Below, in pieces: positions 32,311-43,894 of a DNA stretch of 64,000 bases. Source of the DNA: Macrostomum hystrix (Eukaryota; Animalia; Platyhelminthes). Location of the stretch: the NCBI GenBank assembly GCA_950097015.1, contig CATNEN010000038.1, positions 12,958,001 to 13,022,000 of the forward strand, written 5' to 3'. Under the pieces are notes generated by a model. That model saw only the letters and a program-made list of their open reading frames with translations, did no database searches and was not told the DNA's origin. The translations under genes were made by a program, and so were the position numbers. The stretch's first letter is position 1. Every line of letters starts with the position of its first letter.

Positions 32311-33481
32311 TAAGTGGCGGCCATGCAGTGTTTGCAGTGCATGGTTCCAGGATAACTTTAGGTATTATGTTTTCACTCGAAGTTCCAACAAATGTTTCTT
32401 TGACTCCATGTGGTCATGAGGGCTACCTAGTCGCTTATCATACAAGCCCTAACCAGGTTTGAAACATTTTTTCGCAATAATGTTTCGCTTTAATTTGTTA
32501 AAGGGTTCATCGCAAAATAGCCTACTTTCAGTAGACCAGCAGTGCTCGTGAAGTTGTTTGTTTCTAACCTATAAAAATCCTTGCCCTGGTAATAATCATC
32601 AGGGCTAAATACAGCCCCATCAGTTCCAAAACCTATACTCTCCCAGGTCTCATCTCTCCTTTCTCGATCTTCAAATGCTGTGTTATTTTAAAATTTGTAA
32701 TGCGTGCTAGCGTAGTTTTCTAACTAGGCATTAGATGATTTGAGATTCCTCGGATTTTCCGATTTTGGTCGAACATGGAACTAAAATAGTAACTGTTGCC
32801 CCATACTAGCTGTTTGCGTGCATGGTCAGGTTTCCCCGAATATTTCTACTCATGATGCAATGCTCATCTTTTCCTTATGCCATCATCAAACTGCTTTCAA
32901 AAAATAAAGGAAATAAAATGAAACTCGCAAAATATTAAATTTTACTGCTTCAAACGAGTCATTCGCAGTTTCGATTTCAAAGTCGAAACTGTAACTGAAG
33001 GTCAACGGGCTAAGAGATCATTTGGGCTGCGCAGTTTCACTATTTGGCTCTAATAACGTGTTTCGTCAGATTAATTCAGAGCTGACTAATTATTTGCTTA
33101 AGTTCCAACGTAGCAACTAGGCAGACGTGGCATGTGCGTTATGGAGGCATGTACAAGCCAGACTCCACAAGTTGGTGGACGCTATTCTATTTTTAGATCA
33201 CCCATGCTTGCCTCCAGGTCGCCACTTGCAACAGCACGCCCTCACTCGCGCGCTGGCTGATCTATTTTTAGATATGAGTCACGGGTCCCAGTAGCGTTGC
33301 TGCAACGTTTACATAAAAATCGAGCGGGGCCAGGAAAAGCCACGGATTCTCCCTTCCTCACCCGTGCAGTATATATTCACGAGAGCTTGCGAGTTCCAGA
33401 TTCAAACGTAGGTAGGTAACAAAAAACAAAATCTGAATCTTGGAATTATTATAACCTTATAAGCGAAGTAAAGTCGCAGCA

Positions 33482-34540
33482 ATGCTGGCACCGCAACAAC
33501 TCTTCATCAACTGCCAGCTACCCCCACAGAAAGCAACCTATGGTGTAACGCCACCACAATCAATATATGGCGTTTCGCCGATGCAATCAATCTATGGCGT
33601 TTCGCCGCAGTCAATTTACTGCGTTTCGCCGCCACCGCCTCAGCAGCTGTCCAACATGATGCACACTGGTGTTCGATTCTCCCAGTTCGCCGTATCGCCT
33701 AATTCGTCAGGCGGGTTTGAAAATGGATACGAGAGTGATGCCTCGGGTTCGCACGCCGGCACATCGCCGCCCGGTAGCGCTACTGAACTGGCACCAGTCA
33801 TCTACCAGCATCACATCCAGCACTACCCGATGCCGCAATTCCAACAGCAGTACAACCAGCTGCCATTCCAACAGTACCAGAAATTCCAGCAGCTACAGCA
33901 ACACCAAGTCGACACTATGTCCGACTCCGCCTGGAAGGTTAAATTCATAGAGAATTTTTCTTGTTTCTCCAGCGGCAATTGGCATCTGCTGTTCGTGACT
34001 GAGCCGCCGGACATGCACAACACCGGCGTGGCTAGGAATGCCTGGCGCTATCGGCAGGATCAATCGAACAGTGTCACCTTTGTGTGCAGGGTAAGTTCCT
34101 GGGCTATCAGTTTGACATGATTTATAACATCAGTAAGGCTAATTAACCATATAGATCATACACTTAATACAGCGATGGCGATCAATAGAGCATTATATAA
34201 GTAAAATTAACCCACTATTACCAACCAGGCCTGCCGCAACAGCACATTGGGGACTGGCCAGGCGGTCTTCTGGATTTACAAAAACGACGCCACCAACGAA
34301 GGCCAGATTCTGTTGAAGCTCTACAGCCAAAAATGCTCGGCGACTGGCGGCGGCTGCGGCAAATCGTTGGCCGACCCAATCTGGCAGCCGGTGGAGGCGG
34401 CCAGGGCTTTGGAAAGCGTGGCGCAGCACGTAGCGCGGGCTTATTATGGGGCTAGCGACTTCCACGGCAGTACAGCCAGGATTCAGCGCAGGCCGCCGCG
34501 ACGTGTCAGCGGAGAGAAGGTGCAGCGCGCTACTGATTGA
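33482..34540 (+). CDS. zf-3CxxC / receptor-transporting-protein (RTP)-like protein with P/Q-rich N-terminus, 2 exons
   Basis: Exons 33482-34090 and 34229-34540 (phase 0) give VTFVCRAC...GQILLKLYSQKC..C...P...ALESVAQHVARAYYG, the 3CxxC domain pattern. Confidence 0.65.
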
Positions 34541-35150
34541 TAATTGCAGCAGTCAATTGAGAGTATTTACTCTTTTAATAATAGTCTATGAACATTTAAA
34601 TGCTTAAACCTCAACTTCTTAAAGCTTGCTTAATTATAATGAGTTCTAATTTTGTTGATCGTCCCTGTTACGAATCTGATCATAGTCTTCAATCGATATA
34701 AATCGTATTCTCTTTATCTACTGTCATGTAAAGCGAGTTTTCTGACCAATGAATTGTCTTAACTTAGCTTAATAAAAACCTTTGAATTTCACTTGTTAAC
34801 AGCTGAACAAAATCCGTTTTCCCTTATAAACAATGCCGAACTTTTACTTTCAAAATACTATTTTAGCAGGTTAAAATGAATTGAAAAGTCATGTGCAAAT
34901 ATGTACAAATATTTCCATTCCTAACTTACATTTTATTGCGTTGCAATGTAAAATTGGTTCTACGAGCGTAGATGTTGACAATCTTGTTACGCTCGAATAT
35001 ATTCCACAGTTTTGCTAATTAAAAGTTATTTAATGTGTTTTAATCATCCCAATTAGTATGCCATTGCTGCTATGTGAAAACATAAGTGTTCGCCAAAAAA
35101 CAAAGAGTACTTGACTAATTTTTACCAGTGAGTACGCTCGTACATTCACC

Positions 35151-36700
35151 CGATTCTCTGGGTGAGTAGGAGGTGATTCTCTGGGTGAGTGGGAGGCGAT
35201 TCTCTGGATGACTTGGAGTCGATTCTCTGGGTGAGTGGGAGGCGATTCTCTGGATGAGTTGGAGTCGATTCTCTGGGTGAGTGGGAGGCGATTCTCTGGA
35301 TGAGTTGGAGTCGATTCTCTGGGTGAGTGGGAGGCGATTCTCTGGATGAGTGGGAGGCGATTCTCTGGGTGAGTGGGAGTCGATTCTCTGGGTGAGTGGG
35401 AGGCGATTCTCTGGATGAGTTGGAGTCGATTCTCTGGACGAGTTCGAGTCGATTCTCTGGGTGAGTTGGAGGCGATTCTCTGGATGAGTTAGAGTCGATT
35501 CTCTGGGTGAGTGGGAGGCGATTCTCTGGATGAGTTGGAGTCGATTCTCTGGGTGAGTGGGAGGCGATTCTCTGGATGAGTTGGAGGCGATTCTCTGGAT
35601 GAGTTGGAGTCGATTCTCTGGGTGAGTGGGAGGCGATTCTCTGGATGAGTTGGAGTCGATTCTCTGGGTGAGTTGGAGGCGATTCTCTGGATGAGTTGGA
35701 GTCGATTCTCTGGGTGAGTGGGAGGCGATTCTCTGGATGAGTTGGAGGCGATTCTCTGGATGAGTTGGAGTCGATTCTCTGGATGAGTTGGAGTCGATTC
35801 TCTGGGTGAGTGGGAGGCGATTCTCTGGATGAGTTGGAGTCGATTCTCTGGACGAGTTCGAGTCGATTCTCTGGGTGAGTTGGAGGCGATTCTCTGGATG
35901 AGTTGGAGTCGATTCTCTCGGTGAGTGGGAGGCGATTCTCTGGATGAGTTGGAGTCGATTCTCTGGGTGAGTGGGAGGCGATTCTCTGGGTGAGTGGGAG
36001 GCGATTCTCTGGATGAGTTGGAGTCGATTCTCTGGGTGAGTGGGAGGCGATTCTCTGGATGAGTTGGAGGCGATTCTCTGGATGAGTTGGAGTCGATTCT
36101 CTGGGTGAGTGGGAGGCGATTCTCTGGATGAGTTGGAGTCGATTCTCTGGGTGAGTTGGAGGCGATTCTCTGGATGAGTTGGAGTCGATTCTCTGGGTGA
36201 GTGGGAGGCGATTCTCTGGATGAGTTGGAGGCGATTCTCTGGATGAGTTGGAGTCGATTCTCTGGATGAGTTGGAGTCGATTCTCTGGGTGAGTGGGAGG
36301 CGATTCTCTGGATGAGTTGGAGTCGATTCTCTGGACGAGTTCGAGTCGATTCTCTGGGTGAGTTGGAGGCGATTCTCTGGATGAGTTGGAGTCGATTCTC
36401 TGGGTGAGTTGGAGTCGATTCTCTGGGTGAGTGGGAGGCGATTCTCTGGGTGAGGTGGAGTCGATTCTCTTGATTAGTTGGAGGCGATTCACTGGGTGAG
36501 TTGAAGGCAATTCTAAAATATCTAAAATTCCAATTTATACATTTTCCTGATCCCAATCGATAAATATCCCTAATCAAATAACACTGATCCTGTTCATAAA
36601 TATCTCTGAGTTTGAGGCGATATCTGTGTGAGTTAGAGGCGATTCTCTGGGTGAGTAGGAGGCGATTCTCTGGGTGAGTTGGAGGCGATTCTCTGGGTGA
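35151..36700. repeat. 23-bp minisatellite with higher-order structure and a short unique interruption
   Basis: Unit GATTCTCTGG(G/A)TGAGT(G/T)GGAG(G/T)C, about 60 copies at 35151-36510, resuming at about 36605-36700. Confidence 0.96.
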
Positions 36701-37069
36701 TTTGGTGGTGATAATTTGCCGCCAGACGACAGGAAATTAAATTCCAAGAACTCAGCAAACTTGTATAAGTATTTTCAGACTAAAATTTAATTAAAGCAGT
36801 AAGACTACTTAAAGACTACTTTAAGTAAGCAAAGCAAGCCTCCATTGGCGAATTCAGCAGATACTAAAGGCCAGAACTATAAGAAAAATGGCAGCAGAAT
36901 CAAGCATAAAAAACAAAGCAGATAAAAACTGTTTCATTAATGATTTCTTTTAAAAGCTATGCAAAACTGATTATTTGCAAATGAGCACGTTCGGATTAGT
37001 TGATATCGATATATTTTCAATAAATAGGATATCGGTTTGGAAACGTATCGGTTTTGAAACCCATTGGTT

Positions 37070-38014
37070 TCAATTTCCGGTACCCAGAAGTTCTTTCTCC
37101 TTGGCTGCCCAGGCGGCGTCGAGTTGAGCATTGGCCCGTTTAATCTCGGCTACCAGTAGTTTCTGGCAGGCGTGCAGGTCGTTCTTTGAGTAATGCCCGG
37201 TGCGTTCGGCCTCTTTTAGCCGCTTAGTTGCGCCGTCATGCAGCCGTTTAGTGGCGAGCTTGGCCCGGTGTAGGAGCTCGCGTCCGTTGGCCGCAAGGCT
37301 GCGCCGATGCTCGCCGGTGACGCGGGGCAGGCTGACTGTCAGGCAGTCAGCGTCTGTCGCCTGTTCCCGACCGCTGAAGCCCTTCAAAGACAGAGCCTGC
37401 CGTACAGCTGGAAGTGCGGCGCGATTGGCGGATAGGTCTAGAATGACAGTGTCTGAGGACTTCTGGTACACATCAGCTAGGCTGCCCAATGGCACTTTGC
37501 CACCGCTAATTGTCACCTGAGGGAATGAAAACAGGAAAAAAGACAGCGAAAAAACAGCCGCAACTAGACAACTTTATTCTCAGTATGATAAACATGACAA
37601 AACATATCCACAGAACGAGCTAAAAGTCCAGCGGCCAACCTCCAGGTCATGAAGCACATCCGCTGTGATCTGCAGTCGCAGGTTGCGAAACAGTAAATCT
37701 TGAAAGCTGGCCAGCTCAGCCTGACACCTGCCAGTCAACTTGTCAAACTCCAAGCGCTCAAGGAGCTCCGGGTTACTGACACTGTCAGCAGTGGATGCGG
37801 CAGCTGTGGCCTGCTGCTGAGCCTTCTTATTCACCTTAAAGAGCACAGCCGATGTAGCAATGTGGCGGTGCATAGTTACCATTGAAAAGCCGCAACTAAT
37901 AACTGGTGGGCTGCTAAGACACACTGGAAGAAGTTTTATTGTCAAAAATGTCGGAAATGTCCCAGCCGCAGACACCAGCCGCAGGGTGCATCGAAATAGT
38001 GAAATAGGCTGCAA
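37070..38014 (-). CDS. MRRF: Mitochondrial ribosome recycling factor; start uncertain
   Basis: Exons about 38014-37640 and 37516-37070 (phase-0 GT-AG). Motifs VPLGSLADV, VSLPRVTGEHR and C-terminal AKEKELLG. The N-terminus looks like a transit peptide. The ORF-track start is TTG inside an acceptor-like TTTACTGTTGCAG. Confidence 0.82.
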
Positions 38015-38808
38015 CTGCAACAGTAAATAAAAGCAAAATTAAGTGTTTTATAAGCTGTGTAGTTCAAATTTGCCAGTTATATGGATTCAATTCTTGTTAT
38101 AAAATTCATAGAAATAAAAAATTCTTACTGTAAAAATACTGTCTATTGTAAAAATTATATAAAAATTATACATGAAAATGTAAAATACTGTAACAATACA
38201 CCATAGTGCAGACCATGTTTGGTGTATGACGGAATGTAAATGTAAAATTTAGCTCACTGTACTACAGTATGACAATATACTAAGTTTAAGGATACTGTTG
38301 TACAATGGTACAACAGTAGCCAAAATTATCTTGGAAATATTTGTACATGTAAGACGGTATTCCTACATGAGGAGTAGAGAGGACAACACCCAACACATAT
38401 AATTAAAATTAATAAAAGCAACAAGTGAACATGTGAATATGAATATTGTGTTCAACTAACACAAATTTAAATACAAAGTCAAACAATATAATGTAAGTCT
38501 TCAAACCACAACCTAATATGGCAGAAATTTAGCAGATTAATTTATTCTCTTTCTTATAATTGAGTTTAGCACACATGACATATTTGTACGCAGTGAGATA
38601 CATACTTTTTTTATTTTGGTGTTCTAGTTCAATGACTAGCAAACTAGCAACATTGTCATGTATGACAAAAAGTAAATGATGGTCGATGGGGCACAACAAC
38701 TCCAATGGCAGTCTATGCTACAGGTGAATTACAATGTGCCCATTGCCCAAAACTTGTGCGACATGTAAGACAGGCAGGAGGGACCTTGTACAACAGAAAT
38801 TTCCATCA

Positions 38809-39089
38809 CATACATGCGCAACACCCGGCCGACCCGGCCGAACCAGCCGGGTGAAACGAGGGTCAAGCAAGGTAAGTCGCAAAAACCAATTGACCAAGCG
38901 CAAAAAAATCAAAGGGGGGACCAAGGGACAAAAAAGGAAGGCGTGAAGAAAAGGAAAAAGGGGAGAGAAAAAGAGAGCAAATGAGAGCAAACTAAGTCGT
39001 AAATAGAGCAATGAAATGAACTAAGTCGCAAATGAGAGCAAAAACTAAGTCGCACGGCCAGCTAAGATTTGGGAGGTTGCGCATGTATG
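38809..39089 (+). mobile_element. hAT-type MITE, copy 1
   Basis: 14-bp TIR CATACATGCGCAAC/GTTGCGCATGTATG, perfect 8-bp TSD TTCCATCA (38801-38808 and 39090-39097) and internal CTAAGTCG repeats. Confidence 0.92.
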
Positions 39090-39906
39090 TTCCATCATAC
39101 CATACATAGTCTGCAGTGTGTACAATGCATAGAAAAGTAAGGGAAGCAGATTACTGGCTACAAATGTAGAATAGCTAGCCATTGATTGCTATAGTCTAGA
39201 TCATGTTGATGTCATATGCTTAGAAAAAAATTAATGGGATAGGCCTAGAATAGTACACACTAATGTCTATTTTGCACAATTAAGACAAGAGATAAAAGTT
39301 TAAGTTAAAAATCTGGAAATGAGAATTAAGACAGTTTTCTATTTTCAACAACCTTTTAAATGCACTTGCTATATCACTTATAATTAAAGCTATGTATATT
39401 TTCACTAATAAATTCCAATCACACAGTAACCTAATGTAATAGGGATACAATTGGTTGGCATTGCCTGTTACCAATGACAGATATTAATCATTTATAGTAT
39501 TAATAATGCAGTGCTATCTGCTATGCATGCATTTCAATGCAGTGCTATACTGCATTATACCACCATTGACTGCTAAGTATACATGCCAAGAATTTTGTGT
39601 GAGGGCGGGGCAAGTGCACACCAACATTGCACACTTTTTTGGCAAGCAACACCAATGCATGCCTGAATATTTAGGCATATACTATGTCTTGACAATGGAC
39701 ATTGCACCAGAAATTATGTTTTCTAGTAGGCAGCAGGGCCTAGTCATGGAGAATGAGAAGAGAACAATTAATAAAAATAGGCCTACTATCTAGCTATTAA
39801 TTTACATGCACCTATAATTGCAGTAAGAAATAAGACAATGTAGAAAAATATGCCTAAACTAATCTGTAACTGAGAACAAAAATTTGACTAGGCCTACATA
39901 AACGAA

Positions 39907-40192
39907 CATACATGCGCAACCTCCCAAATCTTAGCCAGCCATGCGACTTAGTTTTTGCTTTAGTTATGACTTAGTTTGCTCTCATTTGTGACTTAGTTCG
40001 TTTCATTGCTCTATTTACGACTTAGTTTGCTCTCATTTGCTCTCTCTCCCCTTTTTCCTTTTCTTCACGCCTTCCTTTTTTGTCCCTTGGTCCCCCTTTG
40101 ATTTTTTTGTGCTTGGTTGATTGGTTTTTGCGACTTACCTTGCTTGGCACTCGTTTCACCCAGCCGGTTCAGCCGGGTGTTGCACATGTATG
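39907..40192 (-). mobile_element. hAT-type MITE, copy 2 (inverted relative to copy 1)
   Basis: Same TIRs with one mismatch and a reverse-complement body. 8-bp TSD TAAACGAA/TAAATGAA. Confidence 0.9.
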
Positions 40193-40235
40193 TAAATGAA
40201 TCTGAAATTGCCACATATTTAGGGTTATTCGCCAG

Positions 40236-40658
40236 GGATCCTAGACACTTCGTCATCTTACAACTTCGTCATCCACTTGGAAGGTAGGACACTTTGTCAT
40301 CCAGCCTATTGGTATGCTTTAAAGTTTGGTCAGTTCATTATCTATTAATAACAAGCAATCAAGTTCGTCATCAATAAAGTAAGGGTGGGGTGGTCGGGCA
40401 GAGGTGTGAACACACTTCACACCCTAAATTGTCAAAAAGAGGTGTCAAAACTGATTTCATTATAAGAGTTGAAAGACAGGTGCCAACAGGATATGAGGAG
40501 GGTGGGGAGGAGTGGTTCTGTTTTAACTTTGAAAACTTTTGTTTTATAGATGACGAAGTGTCCACAAGTCTAAGTCTCTTCGTCATCCACCCTCTAAGAT
40601 ATTGGACAGATCGTCATCTGGATGACGAAGTTATAAGATGACGAAGTGTCCAGGTACC
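40236..40658. mobile_element. Mutator-like (MULE) MITE
   Basis: TIRs of about 40 bp (GG..CCT.GACACTTCGTCATCTTA.AACTTCGTCATCCA), perfect 9-bp TSD ATTCGCCAG (40227-40235 and 40659-40667) and repeated TTCGTCATC motifs. Confidence 0.88.
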
Positions 40659-41303
40659 ATTCGCCAGCAGTTCATGTAATGGCTAAATTATTCAAGTTGC
40701 GCTTAAGCGCAATTTAAAAAAAGAAAAAATGAATGTGCGAAACTGCAAGTTTTGAATATTGTCGTAAAAATCACTCGTCTGGACAAAATCTAAGCAAGTA
40801 CAAGTGCCAATGTGCCATTTAATTGACAAGTTAAATTATTAGCCAGATCGAACAATTCTTAGCGGTCTAAAATCACCAGAAGAACATGGAAGCAAAACGT
40901 TAACGTTGAAATTTCTGGCAGACAAGCTGAGAGTCCGTGTCAGCTGATCGAGATTAGGTAGCCATCTGTCTCAAATCTACCGTCTACGGTAGGCCTATTC
41001 CTAGAAATGTTGAATAAATTTTAAATTAAAAATAGTGCTGCAGATAATGTGTTTTGTATATAGAATATAATGTTTTAAAGTTTTAAAAAAGGAAGAATTG
41101 AAAGTTTAAAAATTATTCGAATCTTCAAAACCTGTTTTTGGTCTTTCAAAATTGTTATATTAGACCTGCTCATATTATTCTATACACTATATAAAACAAT
41201 CTTCAGGCATTAGTGCATGCTTCTGCATGTTCGTTTAACTCACTCGCTGTGGATTCGTCAAATAACGTTCTTTCAGTGATTAAGACTTTTGTTGTTCGCA
41301 ATC

Positions 41304-43894
41304 ATGTCTGAGTCTGTTTTGCAAGGCACGCTAAATATTCCTTCGGCATTCGCCTCAAGTGATGGCTGCTTCTCAACGTTTCCCAATAAAATACAATCGT
41401 CAAAGTGTCGGTTTTCTTTGGCAGATAGTCTATTTTCTGCTTTTCAAGACACGAATGCTCCAGACAGCCAAGCAAGTGCGAAACCGTGGTTCTTTAGTTC
41501 CGACTATTCGATTCCATGTCGCTCTAACAGTGTATTAACAGCTCAACAGCTTCACCCACTGCGTCCACAGCAGAAGCCATTCTTGGAACCATTTAGCAAA
41601 GAGGAAGAGTCCCAATGGGCTATGAACTCAACAGAATCGTTGCTTCAGACCAACTTGACAAATGCAGACGCTATTGGTAGTCTATTTTCAATAGATTCAG
41701 ATTCACACCGACTGAATTCTCTCAATCACCTAGATAGGCATTTGCCATTGCCACTGTCAACAAATGCTGTTGCATCAGTTGAAAACAGTGGTGGAATTTC
41801 TCCATGTACTGATGGTTTTCAAAATGAGTTGCTTAGTCAACTGGATGACCACTTGACCCTCATTCAACCACAGGAAAAGCAACCAGATTTTCTGCAGAAG
41901 ATAGCATCTAGTATTAATCCTACTGCAATTGGCAGTGGAATTACTTCTATTGAACCCAAGTTGACAATGACAGAAAGGATCCATGTGCCTACCTCAGATC
42001 ATGTCGCAGAGATTGTGGGAAAGAATGGTATGTCGTCTTAATTAACTTTTGCCAAATACATTTTGTATGACTTATATTTATATTGTCATAATATCTAGGC
42101 CTACTTCATATATTACATAGTCTAGGCTGCCCTAGACTTTATGTTAATCAATTAAAGATTATTTAGGCTTGTAAAGTTTGATTTCAGGCTTTTATAGCAT
42201 TATTGTTGATTTTTTGTGTACAATATATGGATAGGCCTACTATTAGTTCCAAAAACAAATAAGTAAGCCTAACGTCATAACAATAAACAAATTAACTTAT
42301 AAATATAATAATATTAATTGTGTCTTTTATAAAAATAAAAATGAACCATGAGTTTTGTTAGGCCTATTAATCCAATTAATTAAATTTACATTAACTAATT
42401 CATTAGAAAGTAAAAACTGATTGTTTAGGTCAATTAATACATCAATGATCAATAATGTATTGAATACATGAATTTATGTTCAAGTGTATTCATATAATTT
42501 ACAAAGACATATTTGTATTTTGCTGTTATATCTTATATGTCCAAGTTAGTTTTATTAACATAATTATAAACTGCCAAAGCAAAAATGTCTGAATATTTTA
42601 GGGGAATATGAATAGTGTAATGTGCTATAACATCTTTTTACCTTTTAGCTTTAGGCAATTTAGGATGACAATTGACATCCTAATTATCAAGTAGGATTTT
42701 GCTGGTGTATGACAATTGTAGCCTATTTTTCTAGTTGGCTCTGGTGTGTGGTAGAAGTTTGTTTGTAAAAAATATGACTACTTTTGTTATTTTTACTTTA
42801 TTGGCTATTTTTGCTTTTACAATTGACACAAAATTATATTTTGTGCATTCTGTTTTTCCATTTTCACATTGCATTCAAAGGTCAAAGAATCAGACACCTG
42901 CGAGAGCAGCTGAAAGTGTGGGTGAAGACACCAGCCCGAGATGAGCCACCAGTCTTTGAGATCACTGGTATGCCTGAGAAGCTTGGAGAGGTAAGAGTTA
43001 ATATTGATTCTTGTAAGTCGGATACTTGTTCTAGCTTTAAGTTCTTTTAACCCTTTGTTTCAGGCGAAGCGCATTATTCTGCAAATGAGTGAGCACTTCA
43101 GCAAGGTGCAGCAGGAGCGACTGAGTCGCATTGAGCCCAATCGAACAGAGGACCGGCTCTATGTTGAGCAGGACAAGGTTGGACTTATTGTTGGAGCCTC
43201 AGGCCAGACCATCCGCTGGGTGCAGCAGCTGTCTGACACACACATTGCAACGCCGCGGAAACAGGAATCGATCCCTGGCCTACCGTCGCCACAGACTCAC
43301 TTCACAATCTGCGGCACTCGCGAACGGGTTCGCTTTGCTAAGCAGCTGATCTGCGAGTACGTGAGCCTGCGATGCCAGGGACTCTGGCTGGATCCAGAAC
43401 TGGAATCTTCACCCGAGGCGTCCCAGCTTGTGCACGACTTCCACGCTCGACGACAGGCCGAGGACACACAGCGGCGTGGTTCCGCGCCGGCTGGTGTTAC
43501 CCTGACTTCGTTAAACCAGCTGTCTGGTGATGACCCAGCTGATGCCGCTCTGCCACAGTCCTTGGCCGAAGTCAAGCGCCTGTGGCAGGAGGGCGGCCCG
43601 CCACCAGCATCTACCGGCTGGGATGGAGTCCTCTTTGGTGGACTGCCGCCCACCTCGATGCCGCCGCCGCCTCTGCCGCTGATTGGAGACAGGCGCTACT
43701 CTGTTGACGCCCCCTCTGTGGCCCAGCACCATCGGCAGCAGCAGCAGCAGCAGCAACAACAGTCAGGCCAGCAGCAACAGCGGCAGTTTCTATACGGCCT
43801 GGATCTGGACGGGCTGGATCAACTGAGCAAGGGCAAGTCGTATAGCGATGATTTGGTAGTGCAGGCTAGCAGCGGCATTAACGGCTGGATGTAA
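41304..43894 (+). CDS. mex-3: MEX-3 family two-KH-domain RNA-binding protein without C-terminal RING, 3 exons
   Basis: Exons 41304-42027, 42881-42990 and 43064-43894. KH1 reads VPTSDHVAEIVGKNGQRI...KTPARDEPPVFEITG...SEHFS, and KH2 reads VGLIVGASGQTI...THIATP. Confidence 0.88.

Noticed and set aside
35146-36577. 454-aa and 362-aa repeat ORFs
   Set aside because: They arise from a 23-bp unit that cycles through frames, with no coding signature.
19782-36700. Tandem arrays as CRISPR-like loci
   Set aside because: Units are contiguous with no unique spacers, there are no cas genes, and the context is eukaryotic.
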